Shown one piece after another: positions 51,250 to 64,000 of a DNA stretch of 64,000 nt. This stretch comes from Haliotis rubra (taxonomy: Eukaryota), in contig NW_025766959.1 of assembly GCF_003918875.1 (NCBI RefSeq), positions 124,001 through 188,000 of the forward strand. Reading direction: 5' to 3'. Every line of letters begins with the position of its first letter. The first letter of the stretch is position 1. The position numbers were made by a program, and so were the translations under genes. The notes below the pieces were generated by a model. That model searched no databases. It saw nothing but the letters and a program-made list of their open reading frames with translations, and was not told the origin of the DNA.

Positions 51250-53087
51250 TATATCCGATAATGTTTAACTTGGGGTTGTATCTTCACAACACAATATAAC
51301 GGTCTCAGAAGCGATGCACACTATTTCAATATCATATATGGAGATTATTATTATAGGGTATTTATATAGCGCACATATCCACGAAACTAGTACATGCTCA
51401 AGGCGCCGAGGTGATGGTATCTTCTTCAGAGATGATTACAATAATGAGGCCGTGGTCCTAAGACGCTTTCAAAATGAAGGGATGATTATGTTTCATCAAG
51501 TTAATCAACTTTTTCGTTTTCATAAGAAAACATAATGATGAAAATTGTTACTTTTAATCCTGAATTAGGTATACAGTAATGATATTTACTTCAGGCACAG
51601 CAGAACTTAAACAGGACAGGAGTGATAATCATTGTGAATCAAATATAGTTAATGTCGGACATAATAAAATATTTGAAACGTTCCTTGAAAAGAATCCATA
51701 ACTTTAAAACAAACTAATCACAGGAAAACAGGTTGAATAAGAAGCATATACTTACTAGGCGTTTCTAATGTGGACAAACGCAACAAGATGACACTGAATA
51801 ACTTAAATTTCAAAATGAACAAATTGTGCCTGTTACTGTTCACTGGCATGCATACAACAGACGTGGAGAGGATGCAATTAACGCTTCAGTTGGGTACCTA
51901 GTTGTATTGTGGTCCGCTGACCCTATTGAATCAATCAAATTGTACTATATTTCACGTATAGTTCAAAGGACTTTAGCATTGATATGAGTCTTTATCAATA
52001 TGATGATTCAGCCTTGTGCGCGTATATTTGATATTCGACTCAATAGGTTCTGCAATTTTTCAATAGTAACGACGCCAGATGTGACTCTAGACTGAACTGT
52101 CTTTGGTTCGATACATTGTGCGTGTGTGTCGTGGACGGAGATGGTATCGATTTTGTACCAGATGATGGCGATGATTAGGTAGCGGATGGGGTCTTATATT
52201 TCTGGTTATGGGTTATAGCTTTCATTTTTACTCTTTTACTATTTGTAGCATGCTTATTGCCAGTTTAGTTTGCTGAAAATTAGTCACGTAGTTGATACTT
52301 CTAAATGTGCGTAAATGACATTATAATCTGCTTGGAAGGCATCATCGAGTATCGAGTTATTGACTTGGTAACAATATTTCCATCAAGTAACTCTTCACTT
52401 AAATGTATCAAAGTTTAGTCAAACTAAATTATTTGAGTAATGTATTTTAACGACCATACTATGAAATAATTACATATGTGGAAATACAGAAAACGCCAAA
52501 CGTAAATACACGACCAAGATGCTAACACAAGGTTACAACAACAAATATGGAGTTGAAAGTAAATGAAAAAATGTTTTTAGAATGTGGCATTAATACGCTT
52601 CCAAAATTGTCTGATTTGACATAAGAAAATATAAAAATTGTTTTATTTTCTATGTATCAATTTTTCCGTATAATAATGAATACATTTTAACTTTTTAATA
52701 AAGTTTTTAATCAATATGATGAAACTTACATCAAATCCATTCATGAGTAATACAGGAAACGGTCAACCGGAATCTCGTCATAGGATAAAGGAAGTTATAT
52801 ACGTTTGTTTTAACTTATCAATATGACCGTTATTGTATCCGTACCCTACTGTTGAGAATCTCTCCCTACACCTTGAATCAGCATCACAACACAAGTCCTC
52901 ATTGTAGACCCGCGTCAAAGGTCGATATGGCTTGCGTGACTTAAACATTTCCTTATGTTTTACAACCTTACAAATTTTGCTAAGGATGCCCCGAACCGAT
53001 GCTCCGGAAATTGTGTGGGGCTGCCTTTCAGGGAACTTCTTTGCCCTGCGATCTCTTTGAGTTGCACTTTGACCATTTGATCCTCAA

Positions 53088-53236
53088 GGGGCGGTGGGCT
53101 AGCTTAGTGGTTAAAGCGTTCGCTCGTCACACTGAAGACTCGGGTTCGATTCCCCACATGGGTACAATGTGTGAAGCCCATTGCTGGTGTCCCCCGCCGT
53201 GATATTGCTGGAATATTGCTAAAAGCGGCTTAAAAC
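53088..53236 (+). mobile_element. SINE family A
   Basis: tRNA-like head with A box and GGTTCGATTCC B box; (CTCA)n tail. Confidence 0.85.
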
Positions 53237-53500
53237 CAAACTCATTCACTCACTCATCCAATGTTGGATTCTTAGGACAAGTGGGATACTTTAACACAGG
53301 CCGCATTTCCATCAACACCGGCAGTAGCGACGAATACGTAATCGGGGTATGTCTGACATAGTAGGGAACGTCCGAGTCCGGTAGCCACGCGGTTTCCATC
53401 AAACCCCAGTGAGACCCTGTCCCAACGCACCCTCACTCACCTCCTCTACAGTAGTAGACCCTTGATGAGTGGATAGGCTCCAACATTTACAGACCACCGC

Positions 53501-53820
53501 TAGGCCACATAAACAATATTCTTTTTTCTCATCACTTTTATAAAAAAATTATGAGTCGGACGGGCGGAATTTATCTTTACAATTTAATTTATTTTATGTC
53601 CACTTCTGTGGAAATTTACAGCTTTTGTGAGATAGAAAATCAAAACTTACAGGTGTCAAAATTCAAGCACATTTTGGGAAGCAAAGTTGCATTTTCTCTT
53701 GTGTAAGAAAAATCTTATGGTTGGGTCGAATTTTTCTCTTGTGTAAGAAAAATCTTATGGTTGGGTCGAATTTTTGGGTCGGGCGGTAGTGAGAAACAAG
53801 AACATTTTTATATATGGCCT
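53501..53820. mobile_element. MITE with AGGCCA termini and an internal 40-bp tandem duplication, inserted in a SINE fragment
   Basis: AGGCCACATAAA..TTTCTCA / TGAGAAACAAG..TATATGGCCT inverted ends; 53692-53772 is duplicated. Confidence 0.6.
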
Positions 53821-54403
53821 TATATTGCTGAGTGCGGGGTTAAACAAGCAAGCAAGCAAACAAACAAACATAAGAGTGAGGTGACACCCGGACGACTCTC
53901 TTACCTGGATACCACCATGACACTACCATGTGGTCTTGCGGCAGTACTGTTGCGTCTCCACTGTAGTGTTGCTGTATCCTCCTTGGTATAATAAACTGGA
54001 ATGAGCCACAAAATCAGTGTGTTTCCCTTTTTCTTTACACGATCAATTCACCATATGTATGTCCTATGGGTTAATGCGAATCACACCTGTCGACTGTTGA
54101 TATTCACAGATTGCTTGATACAGTTCTTTGAAAAATAGGATATAGAAAATACGACTCATAAGACGCATGCATTGAAATTTGTCGATGCAAGTAAAATAAA
54201 TTATTACTGCAAAGTGCAACATGTCACATTTTTCATGGAATGCACGTGCATGGCGTACATAAACATGTGAATTATACCCTCTGCTTTATAATTATAAAGG
54301 TACTGGACGTGTATTGAATAAAATGTGCAAAACACCAACAGTACCAAAATGATCTGGAAATCATATTATTGTTTTTTGTCTCTATTGGCCGCGTTATGCT
54401 TTA

Positions 54404-54505
54404 TGTGCGTGTGTGTGTGTGCGTGTGTCTCTCGCTCTCTCTTTCTCTCACTCGCTGTTCGTGCGTGTGTCTGTGTGTGTGTACGTGCGTGCGTGCGTGC
54501 GTGCT
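54404..54505. repeat. Compound (GT)/(CT)/(GCGT) microsatellite
   Basis: Seen directly. Confidence 0.85.
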
Positions 54506-54804
54506 TACGTACGCACGACGATAGCAATGTATGGACATACATGATAGGCATTGTATTGTGTGTTGTTGCGGCTCATGATCACTCAGCTGAAGCACCGCGA
54601 TTCGACGTGAAGAGTTCCCTCCCTTAGACGTCCCTATCGTTTCAATGTGATGTGGAAAATACAACAAACCGATCAGAATGCGCGTGTGGATTGAGGTGCT
54701 TTGATAAAATAATTCCGAGTACTACAATCTGTTCCGACAAGATTCGATAGTTTAAGAAATCTGAAAAATAAAACAATTATCGTCTCTTTTACTTTAAAAT
54801 TGAA

Positions 54805-55122
54805 GTGAGGTGAAGTGAAATTGTGTTTAACGTCGTACTTAAGAGTATTTCGGTCATATTACGACGTGCATTCATGCGTATATGTACAAAAAGCTGTTTG
54901 TACTAGCCCAGTTGTAAGCTGGTTTTATAGTGCTAGCTCACTGAGATATCATGCTGCAGTTAAGCATGAATACCCCACTCAGACACATCATACTGACTCC
55001 GAGCCGACCAGTCCTTGTTGTACCCATTAATGCCGAGAGCCAGGAAGGGACCAACAAGTTCCATATTTTAACGTCTTGTGGTATGACGCGGCTGGGGATC
55101 GAACCGGTGACCATCCGCTCTA
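54805..55122 (-). mobile_element. SINE family C, second copy
   Basis: Reverse complement of 32730-33040. Confidence 0.8.
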
Positions 55123-55741
55123 ACTACTACCTTGAATTGAAGTTGTTAATTGGAATAAGCTATGCCTTTTGCCCTGATCCAGGCTTATCACATAGACCTT
55201 GTATCAAATATAGAATAGTGTTCCAGGGTTTATTTACATTTCAAGAATCAAGTTAAGTCGACGCCCTGGTGTATTAGCAAACCGTGCAGCGATATCCAGC
55301 CAAATGTGTCTAACCATGCGTAACATGCTGAACTGCTGATAATATTTTAAGAGTACTTGACTAACTGAAAACTGCTAAAACTAGAGGATTTGCATATGTT
55401 TTACTCTTAGTGTATCACATCATATGTATAAATCATATCTAAAAAGGCAGTGCATTGCACACACATCCATGAAGGATGAAGGGTTAGAATTGGTCAGTAA
55501 CCCATGCTTGCGTAAAAGGCGACGAAATGGATCTGTACTCATGATGTCAGCCACTGGATTCGGTTATTAAGCACAAAGGAACATTTTGTGTTCTGCGTTT
55601 GCCTCTGTGTCAGTCAGTAGTGTATTCCTTGGTTCAATGTCATCAAACAGACAAACTAAGTGGTAATGTAAACAACGCAAAACTTCACATGATGACAACA
55701 ATAATGTTAGTATCCTTACTTTTAGGTATTGACATTTCGAA

Positions 55742-55910
55742 TGAGTGAGTGAGTGAGTTTAGTTATACGCAGTTTATAGCAATGTTCCAGCAACGTCACG
55801 GCGGGGGACACCAGAAATGGGCTTCACGCATTGTACCCATGTGGGGAATGGAACCAGGCAACCAGGTTGACGAGCGAACGCTTTAAATAAGGTAGGCTAC
55901 CCCATCGCCC
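55742..55910 (-). mobile_element. SINE family A
   Basis: Full-length copy similar to the other family members. Confidence 0.85.
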
Positions 55911-57031
55911 CACTGACATGTTGACAACTATTGGCGGTCATCATGACAAATCGTAGTTCTGGTAACATCAAATGACTAGCCCGTAGCCTACTATGTGTGT
56001 TTAGGTGACTGTTATGTGTCAGTCTCTCAGTATTAATCGCGGAGATTGTCAATGGAAGCACAATACTGAAATGCTGGCGGGAAATACAGTGCTCTGTATC
56101 TGGCTTGTACTGATGTCAACGTCACGGATGAACCTTTTCAGTTATCTACTTACCAAGAGCAGATACCTTTTTTTAAATTAAAAAGTCATCCATCCAGCAC
56201 TACTTAGGATTGAGTCAATCAATTCGTGCACCTTCCCTTCCGTGGCTATTGCTGCTGCCACCTATTTGACTCAGTGTTGAAACCTTTTGCCACTGTCAGC
56301 CTTACGCTTCAATATAACGTATCAATCATTCATTGCTTTTAGGTGGTGGTTTTTCACTGGAACATCTTCCCTTGTCAACATTTCATTGCTTTCATATGCT
56401 ATTGCTGAATAAGGTCAGCTGAAGGCCGGTTTTGATTCACTACATGTGTGCAAAGTGTGAAGCCCATTTCTTGTGTCCGAAACCTTACTGATGGAATAAG
56501 AGTTAAAGCGGCGTAAAACCACAGTCATGCACACTCTCACTCACGCAGTCACTGATATAACCTCCAAGTGTAGTGTAACCATAAACACGTTATTGTATAA
56601 AAGACTTTTATTGATCACAGAAATGCGGAAAATACAAATATGTACAACATAATACTTTGTTGTTCTAATGCAATCTGTCCAGATCTGTACACGGACACAC
56701 GAACAGGAACACACGAGTTATGTCCCTTATTTTCTCGATAGGAGAAATTGTAGAAATATTTCCAGATGAGTTCCAAGTTCCAAGTTCCAGACGAGTTCCA
56801 AGACAAAATGGATACAATCCCTGGTTTAAAAGGTTAAGGAAAGAACCGAAAGATTACTTTTGACGAATGTATATCCATTTGCACTGCAAATCCGCACGAC
56901 GCTGCTTAATGCCAGTAAATCGACGAGCAGGCACTATAAATGGTCCTGTGGGAGGGTAGATGAGAACACAACACATTCCCAAGATGAAGGAAAGTCCTGT
57001 AAGAATCTTGGGAGGAAAAATTGTCCCTGTA

Positions 57032-59222
57032 TTATTGTTTGACTTGAATCCTACTGAAGAAGGCACCACAGGACTCACAGAACGGTGTCAGGCAGCAGTT
57101 GAGGCAGATTGTGTACACCTTCCTGAACATAATGCAGTCGATCTCGCAAGCTCTGATCTGGGGTGTGTACTGCCAGATGTGAGCACAGGCAAGCATGGCG
57201 TATTGCCAACCATAGCACAGACCGTAGATAGGACCACACAGGGTCATCAGCATGTAGCAGCATTTGAAGGCGCAGTTGAAGCATGTGTTGGTAAACTTCC
57301 AGCAACAGTCAAGACTGTGGGCACCTTCGGGCTCAGCCAAGATGTCCTCAAACTGGACCTGTAACAAGCCAAAATGGATCTGACTTTGTGTACAAAACTG
57401 ACCTTAACTAAGTATCAGATATTCATTTCACTACTGGTCTTTGACGGTCTCATGAGTAAATAAGGAATTCTGCATTTCAATTGTTTATTACATGCAACTC
57501 TCATAAAGCTCGTTTCACAAATCTTAATCTATAATTCTATAAACGTTCGTATGACAAACCATAGCATATATACACCTCTAACCTTCATATGATGTATCGT
57601 GGCAGAGATACTCCATATATGACAGATACATATTTGTAGATATATTCTCGAGCCTTCGTACTACTTATCATAACAGATCCAGACCCGTCGTATGACATGC
57701 ATTTGCAGATCTATTCCATAAACCTTCCTGGCCAAATCTATGTCTGTGTTTGTGTGGGTGTTGGCGGGGGTAGGATGGTCGGGGTAGGATGATGGGTAGT
57801 ATGGAGAAGTGCATATTTTTAGACGTTCAGGTTATTGAGTTTGGGACTGTTGCGTGCGTGTAATCTCGTACAGCACTTCAAGACATACACATGCTTCATG
57901 AGAAGTGGAAGAGATGATGTAGGAAAAACTACATTCCATTTCAGCACATAGATTATCAGTTACACCAATTCCATCCCCAACCCGTATTGCTATCAATGGG
58001 AATGATTGAAGGCTGCGCGCAGTGAGTGTTTGCTCCTTAGATAAATAAGTCACCCTTACTCAGTGTTATGCACACACTTAGGGAATAAGAACACATTGCA
58101 CGCTGCTTCTTAGAGATGATGCGAAAATCGATATACTGACTGACTGAGTTTGGTTTTACGCCGCTTTTAGCAATATTCCAGCAACATCACGGCGGGGGAC
58201 ACCAGAAATGGGCTTCACACATTGTACCCATGGGGATTCGAACCCGGGTCTTCGGCGTGACGAGCAAACGCTTTCACCACTAGGCTACCCCACCGCCCCA
58301 AAAATCGATATAAGCCTATATTATTCGATAAATGCCATTTTCCAAAACATGGCGTCCTGTAACATACATTTGTTCCTCTTTCTTCAGCCTGTTATACCAC
58401 AAACTGAATATGAATGGCTTCGATTGTCTTAATAAGTTCCAGTAAATACAAAATAATGAACAACATAAATTAATCAATCTATAAATGAATGTAAACCAAA
58501 TTAAAGAAACATAGATTTACACTGTCGGCATCACTGCATGAAACTCAAAATAACAGAATTATGTGTGACCTTACAGTGTTCTGCAGGAGTAATTGAAAGG
58601 TCGATTTCCTATAACGAATTAACGATATTTGGCCAAAGCCTTCGGTTGTTTAGTTTATGACCATGGGAACAATGCGTGTGAGTGTCGGTTGCTCGGTGAT
58701 TGTTGTCATGCATCAGGAATCGCGTCGTCACTTGCAAACACATCATAACAGCAACACCACCAGATGGTCTTCGGGTGTGGGAACAGAGAATGATCGATGA
58801 TTTTTCCCCATTTTCAAGAGATGAGAAAGATGCAGATTAAATTTTGTTTTGAATATTTATTAATTCAACAATGACACTTTCTTCACTTATTTTTCAACAG
58901 AATTTGATACATTCAAAAACCACAATGAACATTCATTGTAAATTTATATTCCCAATCGAAAACCTTTTCTCTGAAGTTTGATGCAAAGGAAACAATGTGT
59001 TCTTCCATGTGTTCTTTATATCTTTTTATCGTGGCGATTTTCTCATCATCTGAATTTGTATTCTGCCAGTAACCGATTATGTTAGGACTATCATTATTAC
59101 CACCACTCCTCGATTATGAAGTCAAAGTTTTAATTTTCAACTGAAGATAATGTGTTTTTTCTTACCTTTAAATGGTCATTGATGTTATTTGGATCCCGGT
59201 TGTCCATATCAATCTCGGCCAT
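57032..59222 (-). CDS. Caveolin family protein, divergent copy 7 (exons 59222-59166 and 57358-57032; 127 aa)
   Basis: MAEIDMDNRDPNNINDHLK|GTAAG..CAG|VQFEDILAEPEGAHSLDCCW...HIWQYTP...GAFFSRIQVKQ*; AATAAA on - at 56607-56612. Confidence 0.95.
58136..58299 (-). mobile_element. SINE family A in the intron of caveolin copy 7, TSD AAAATCGATATA
   Basis: Full-length copy with 12-bp flanking direct repeats. Confidence 0.9.
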
Positions 59223-61989
59223 TCTTGCACAAATACCAGGCTAAATTGGCGCAGCGAGTTTCGATGCTGGTCAAGATGCTCTTTCAGACAATGTGGCGGT
59301 TAGTCTCTCTGTCCTTTATTAAGTATATGTTTACATAGTAACAGGGTTGTTTTCCCGCTTGGATATGCTGTTTCAAAGCAGGAAACTCGTCATAGGGTTA
59401 TAATTCCATCGATCGTTTGGATACCAACCGGTGCACGTGCGTACAAAACGAAACGGTTTTCTATTGGACGGATGGAACCATGTGATTTGTTTTAGGCGAA
59501 AACGTCAGATCCACAGAGTAAGACCAACATACACAAGTGACTTCATTGTGTCGCCTTCCTCTGCATTGCCATGTTTGTTAGTGTACCCTTGACGACCATG
59601 TAACGATTTCTTACTCTGGCACAAATCATTCACTGTCACCACTGTAGTGCTGTTTAAGTGAATAGGAGACACTGAATCTACGGTGGCTTTGAATACACGG
59701 TGTAGAGTCCAAGTTGTCAGTTTCGATACCAAAGCACATATGCCTTTAAGAAAAGGGCTGGCTGTGGTGCAGTTGAACGTGAAGAGAGAGGATGATTTCT
59801 ATGACTGTTCCCCCGAGTGGGTATCAGACGTGAGGTCATCAAGTACATACGACGTGTCAGTTAAGCTGACGTTAATGTACTTGATGTGTGGATGAGCTCG
59901 CTGCGCCAGATGCATGTGTGCATGTCTTACTAAGCCAGACATAAGTAAACCAAGCCAGGTTTGTGTAGGAGATGCATAATGCTTTGCCCACCTCAAACAG
60001 CAGCAGTGTTTCCGATTCTCTACATATCGCTGTTGCTTTCACATCTAACCCGATTTTAGGTACCTAAATATGGTTGTATAGTATTTTCTGCAGGTATCTG
60101 GTCTGGAGTAAGCCAGTAACTGGGTAAATTACCGTGAGTAAAGAAATGACCAACGACCAACCATTTGGATAGGTACATTCAAAACCCGTTAACCCCGAAG
60201 GTAACGTTTCAATCTGAATTGTCCAATTAAACGGAATTGTCCAAATTGTCCAATATACTGCCTTATAATTACCTTACATATTGACCTTACCTTACAGAAT
60301 GGTTTCCTACTTGGCGAGATCGGCTCTATCGAAGTTTTACTGTTGACGATAAACTAGACTAAAAGTACCTTTTACTACCAGATTTTCAATCGTTGTATCG
60401 GTCTTACATTTCTGCCTGTAAGGGATGGTATAAGTCCTGGTGAGGTACAGTGTAGGTAGCAATGGTACCGTGGTCCCGAATAAGATGGCCTGTCTTTCGT
60501 TGCTAGCCTTCTGTAACCTGCTGTTTATTTGTTACTCTTTCTCTCACTTCTTTTAAGCACATCCGTGATATACTGCAACTGATTGTATAGCTGCCCTTTG
60601 TCGACAGGATATTTCTAATTTGTACAAAGGTACTAGCGTACGTTAAAATACGTCTAAAACAAATCTTGAAATTTAACTCATTCACACAAACTTAACGTTC
60701 ATGGATCATGAATTCTCATTGCTGTCCAATTTCCGATGTGTATAACAATATATATATCCACCAGCGTTATCACAGAGGAATATGTCCAGTGGTTGTTCAA
60801 ATGTGTATCGATCATCATGCGGAACAATATTAATGGTCTATCTTGACATGGGTGGACAGTAACAAATGGTGAATCCACTGCTGACTACCACATTAACCGA
60901 TATAACAATAATAATAATATGGATTTCTTATATTGCGCTAAACTCTAAACCAAAGTGTGCTCAAAGCGCCAACAATCTGAATATTATGACCTGGGATAAC
61001 CCAAGCTGCCTGTGAGGCGCGAGAAAGTTAATAGTCACATAACTTATCCCACCTGGTACCCATTTTTTTCTGCTGGGTGGACATCTGATTTGCCGTGGTC
61101 TAAACCTAATATCTCATAATGACAAAACAAGTTATTATTTCATGAAGGTATTAGAACTGTACACCATGTTTATTGTCATTATTACATATAGATTCTGTTG
61201 TAAATACTGTTAGTTGATCACAGTCATGATGAGCGTGAGTCAGCCTGGTTCCCTGGGTCCGTTGCGCCTGCGCTACGCTCCGACACTGACCCAGGCAACC
61301 ACTGCCGAATGGCGGCCTTCGCTGCAGAGAGACGCGCCATACATTTACTACAGGAAAATCCGAGAACGGGTGGTTAGAATTTTTCATAGCATTTTCATCG
61401 ATACTATGGGAAAATAAACGTCACCAGAACAACGGCCATCGTTACTTTCAGTGTACAAACACGTTATTTAAGCAGTTTCGAGACACGAAAATCGTCGTTA
61501 CATTGGCGATATGTAAACAATGACACACACCCTATTTTCATCACCGACATGTGCTTTGATATTTCGTGTCAGCTCGCTATTGCCACGAAATCGTACATAT
61601 AAAACATGAATCTGAACGACCACATTGATTGAATAAAGTTAGCATCTTTATTTTAGCAAATTTGATGACTAAAATATCGCCGATTATGTCCCGTGTCTTC
61701 CATCGTTTCAGGGTTGGTTAGGTAGATATATTTTTCGATCGCCTTGTGAAATTACAAGGTAAAGTGTTTAGGATGGATGATGTTAATGACAGGGTTTGTC
61801 ATTCTGATATTTAGCCTCTACAAAACAACATGAAACAGTTAACAAATATACCAATATCATTCAGAAATGTTTATGATTATATTAAACATGGTGAATCAAA
61901 TGATCTATATACAAAAATACACACACATATAGAGCTCAAAACAATGAGTTAGGGTTTTTTTTAAATCAATATTGTAAACTTTTTTGGAC

Positions 61990-62640
61990 TAAAGCACTAA
62001 CTACTCTTGGTGAACAGAGTAAAAAGGCTGTTATGGCATTGCACAGATGTCAAAAGAAAGTTGAAAATAAACCATGTCAAGATTAATTATGATATTTAAT
62101 GTTATGATTGTTCCTATAGTGTGTAATGGTGCAGAAGTATAGGGGACCTCATATTGTAAAAATATTGAAGACGTACAGCATAAAATGTGTAAACGGTTTT
62201 TCAAAACAGCAAACAATGCTATGGTTTGGGGAGAATGTGGCAGAACCCCTGTCCAACTTTTACACACCACAAGCCCTATAAGGTATTGGTGCAGGCTACT
62301 GTATTTGGATGAACGCAAACTGCCTTGCAAATGCCGTACCACATGGCCTCCTAATACTAAAAATATTCTGTTTAGACTCATTCATATTTAGAATATTCTG
62401 ATTTGAATATGTGCGGTTGGCACAAGATGTGAAGATCACTTGACAACCTACAACAATCAGGGTGTAGCTCTATCAACAGTTTATCAGTGTATTTTAAATC
62501 ACTGTTAAACGTTGAAATGAATTTTACACTCCCTATCCCTGTAACCTAAGACCACACAAATGCCCCATACACTGAATGACTGTAAATATTGTATATTAAG
62601 GGGAAGATCTTTTGTTGAAGATGAGCTTCATATGCATGTA
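61990..62640 (+). mobile_element. LINE fragment (post-RT region)
   Basis: IEDVQHKMCKRFFK..NAMVWGECGRTP..IRYWCRLL and a downstream VEDELH remnant. Confidence 0.65.
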
Positions 62641-62670
62641 TTGATTGTATGTGAGCATTATTCAGCCATA

Positions 62671-62839
62671 GGGGCGGTGGGGTAGCCCAGTGGTTACAGC
62701 GTTCGCTCGTCACACCGAAGACCCGGGTTCGATTCCCCATATGGGTACAATGTGTGAAGCCCATTTCTAGTGTCCCCCGCCATGATATTGGTGGAATATT
62801 GATAAAAGCGGCGTAAAACCATACATACTCACTCACTAC
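62671..62839 (+). mobile_element. SINE family A, TSD TCAGCCATA
   Basis: Full-length copy with flanking direct repeats. Confidence 0.9.
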
Positions 62840-63221
62840 TCAGCCATAAGAATTATGTATGTGTCTTAAACAATTATATATATAAAGTCTGTAACACACT
62901 GTAACATTTTTTATCGGATCGATGATCATGCTGTTGATCTCTGGATTGCCTGGTCCAGACTGGAATAGAACCGAGTGCAGCCTTAAACAACAAACCAACC
63001 AACATCTTTTATCGAAATTCTTTCATCTGAAATCTTCGACAGACAGACAAGACAACTTTGATGTTGTGTATAACTCATGTGTATATTTATATTAAACAGC
63101 TAAGGGAATTGTAATAGAATGGCTTCATTGGCATGCGTGTTTCATGCAATCAAAGATAGTCTGTATTAAACTGTCTGTTTATTGGGATTTTAATACCAAC
63201 AGGTTTCAAAACTGAATGTAC

Positions 63222-63532
63222 CCCATTCCCCACCCCTCTCCAACCCCAGATATCGCTACAGTGTTTTTTTTTGTAACATGAAATGGACATATTATGAAAT
63301 ATTAATAGCTGTTTTTTACTAAACATGTCTTTAACAAACATGAGCCCCACCTGGAAGTGTTGTGTATCAGTGTGTTTTAGTCAATGCGCACGTTCCTTTT
63401 TATGAGTGGGCTCTTTCAAAACAAGCTAAAACACACACAGTTATGAATATTTCATAATGTGTCCGTTTTCCTATTATGTACAAAACTGTACCTATATATG
63501 GGGTGGGGAATGTTACATATAATGGTCCGATG
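63222..63532. mobile_element. Palindromic MITE, same family as 9675-9889
   Basis: Inverted arms sharing AATATTTCATAATGTGTCCGTTTTCCTAT with the 9.8-kb copy. Confidence 0.65.
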
Positions 63533-64000
63533 TGTAATCGATTTCCCAGTAGAATCACGCAGATGTTGCCATACTATGACTATTGTTAAACTTTTTAAGA
63601 TCAATGCCTATTGCATCACCGTGATCAGCCCAATGTTATATTGAAATGATTTATTCCAAATGAATACAAATAATAAATAGGCCATATTCTTCTATCATTA
63701 TTTCATTTTTGAAAGCACATACATTGTTAAAAAAAACATTGTTGAATGAATCATGTATGTGTTTTAAATATATTAGAAATAATTATTATTAATTATATAA
63801 TGTGGTAACAACCATTTTCTGGTTACTATTACTGGGCGTTCAGTTTATTTCCAACACACAAAACAGGAGAAATGGGGGCCAAATCATCGAATTACACGTG
63901 ATCACATTTGCTAAAATAAAGATGCTAACTATATTCAATCAATGTGGTCGTTCAGATTCATGTTTTATATGTACGATTTCGTGGCAATAGCGAGCTGACA

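Larger units (their letters stand above)
61241..64000. mobile_element. Long-TIR DNA element running off the window end, with nested LINE/SINE/MITE pieces
   Basis: Left arm 61241-61690 (starts CAGCCTGGTTCCC); 63900-64000 is the reverse complement of 61567-61665; another left arm at 7400-7865. Confidence 0.75.

Noticed and set aside
53088-53160. tRNA-like sequences at SINE heads (also 32700, 62671)
   Set aside because: They continue into SINE bodies and tails and lack a proper acceptor stem.

Overview
AT-rich, repeat-dense eukaryotic (animal) genomic DNA. The SINE content suggests a mollusc such as a gastropod or abalone (inference). The main content is a tandem cluster of compact, unusually cysteine-rich caveolin genes: six intact two-exon genes (three near-identical copies on - at 5.3, 13.3 and 19.5 kb; two on + at 27.0 and 37.5 kb; a divergent one on - at 57-59 kb) and one frameshifted pseudogene (+, 25.1-26.1 kb). 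All intact copies have a 16-19 codon first exon (..NRDPNNINDH(I/L)(Q/K)), a phase-0 intron and a 327-nt second exon carrying the FED(I/V)LAEPEG signature. Inside the cluster lie a LicD/fukutin-family type II membrane gene whose catalytic DDDxD motif is replaced (probable pseudo-enzyme), an intact tRNA-Asp(GTC), and a possible small PAN/apple-like spliced ORF. The rest is transposable-element debris: Tc1/mariner copies (one full-length DD34E copy with TIRs, one deletion derivative), a MULE transposase fragment, several MITEs, a 16+16 bp P-type excision-footprint candidate, a Penelope-like GIY-YIG fragment with a 50-bp tandem array, LINE 3' fragments, at least three SINE families, and mini/microsatellites. 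All family assignments are by eye from motifs; no searches were run.
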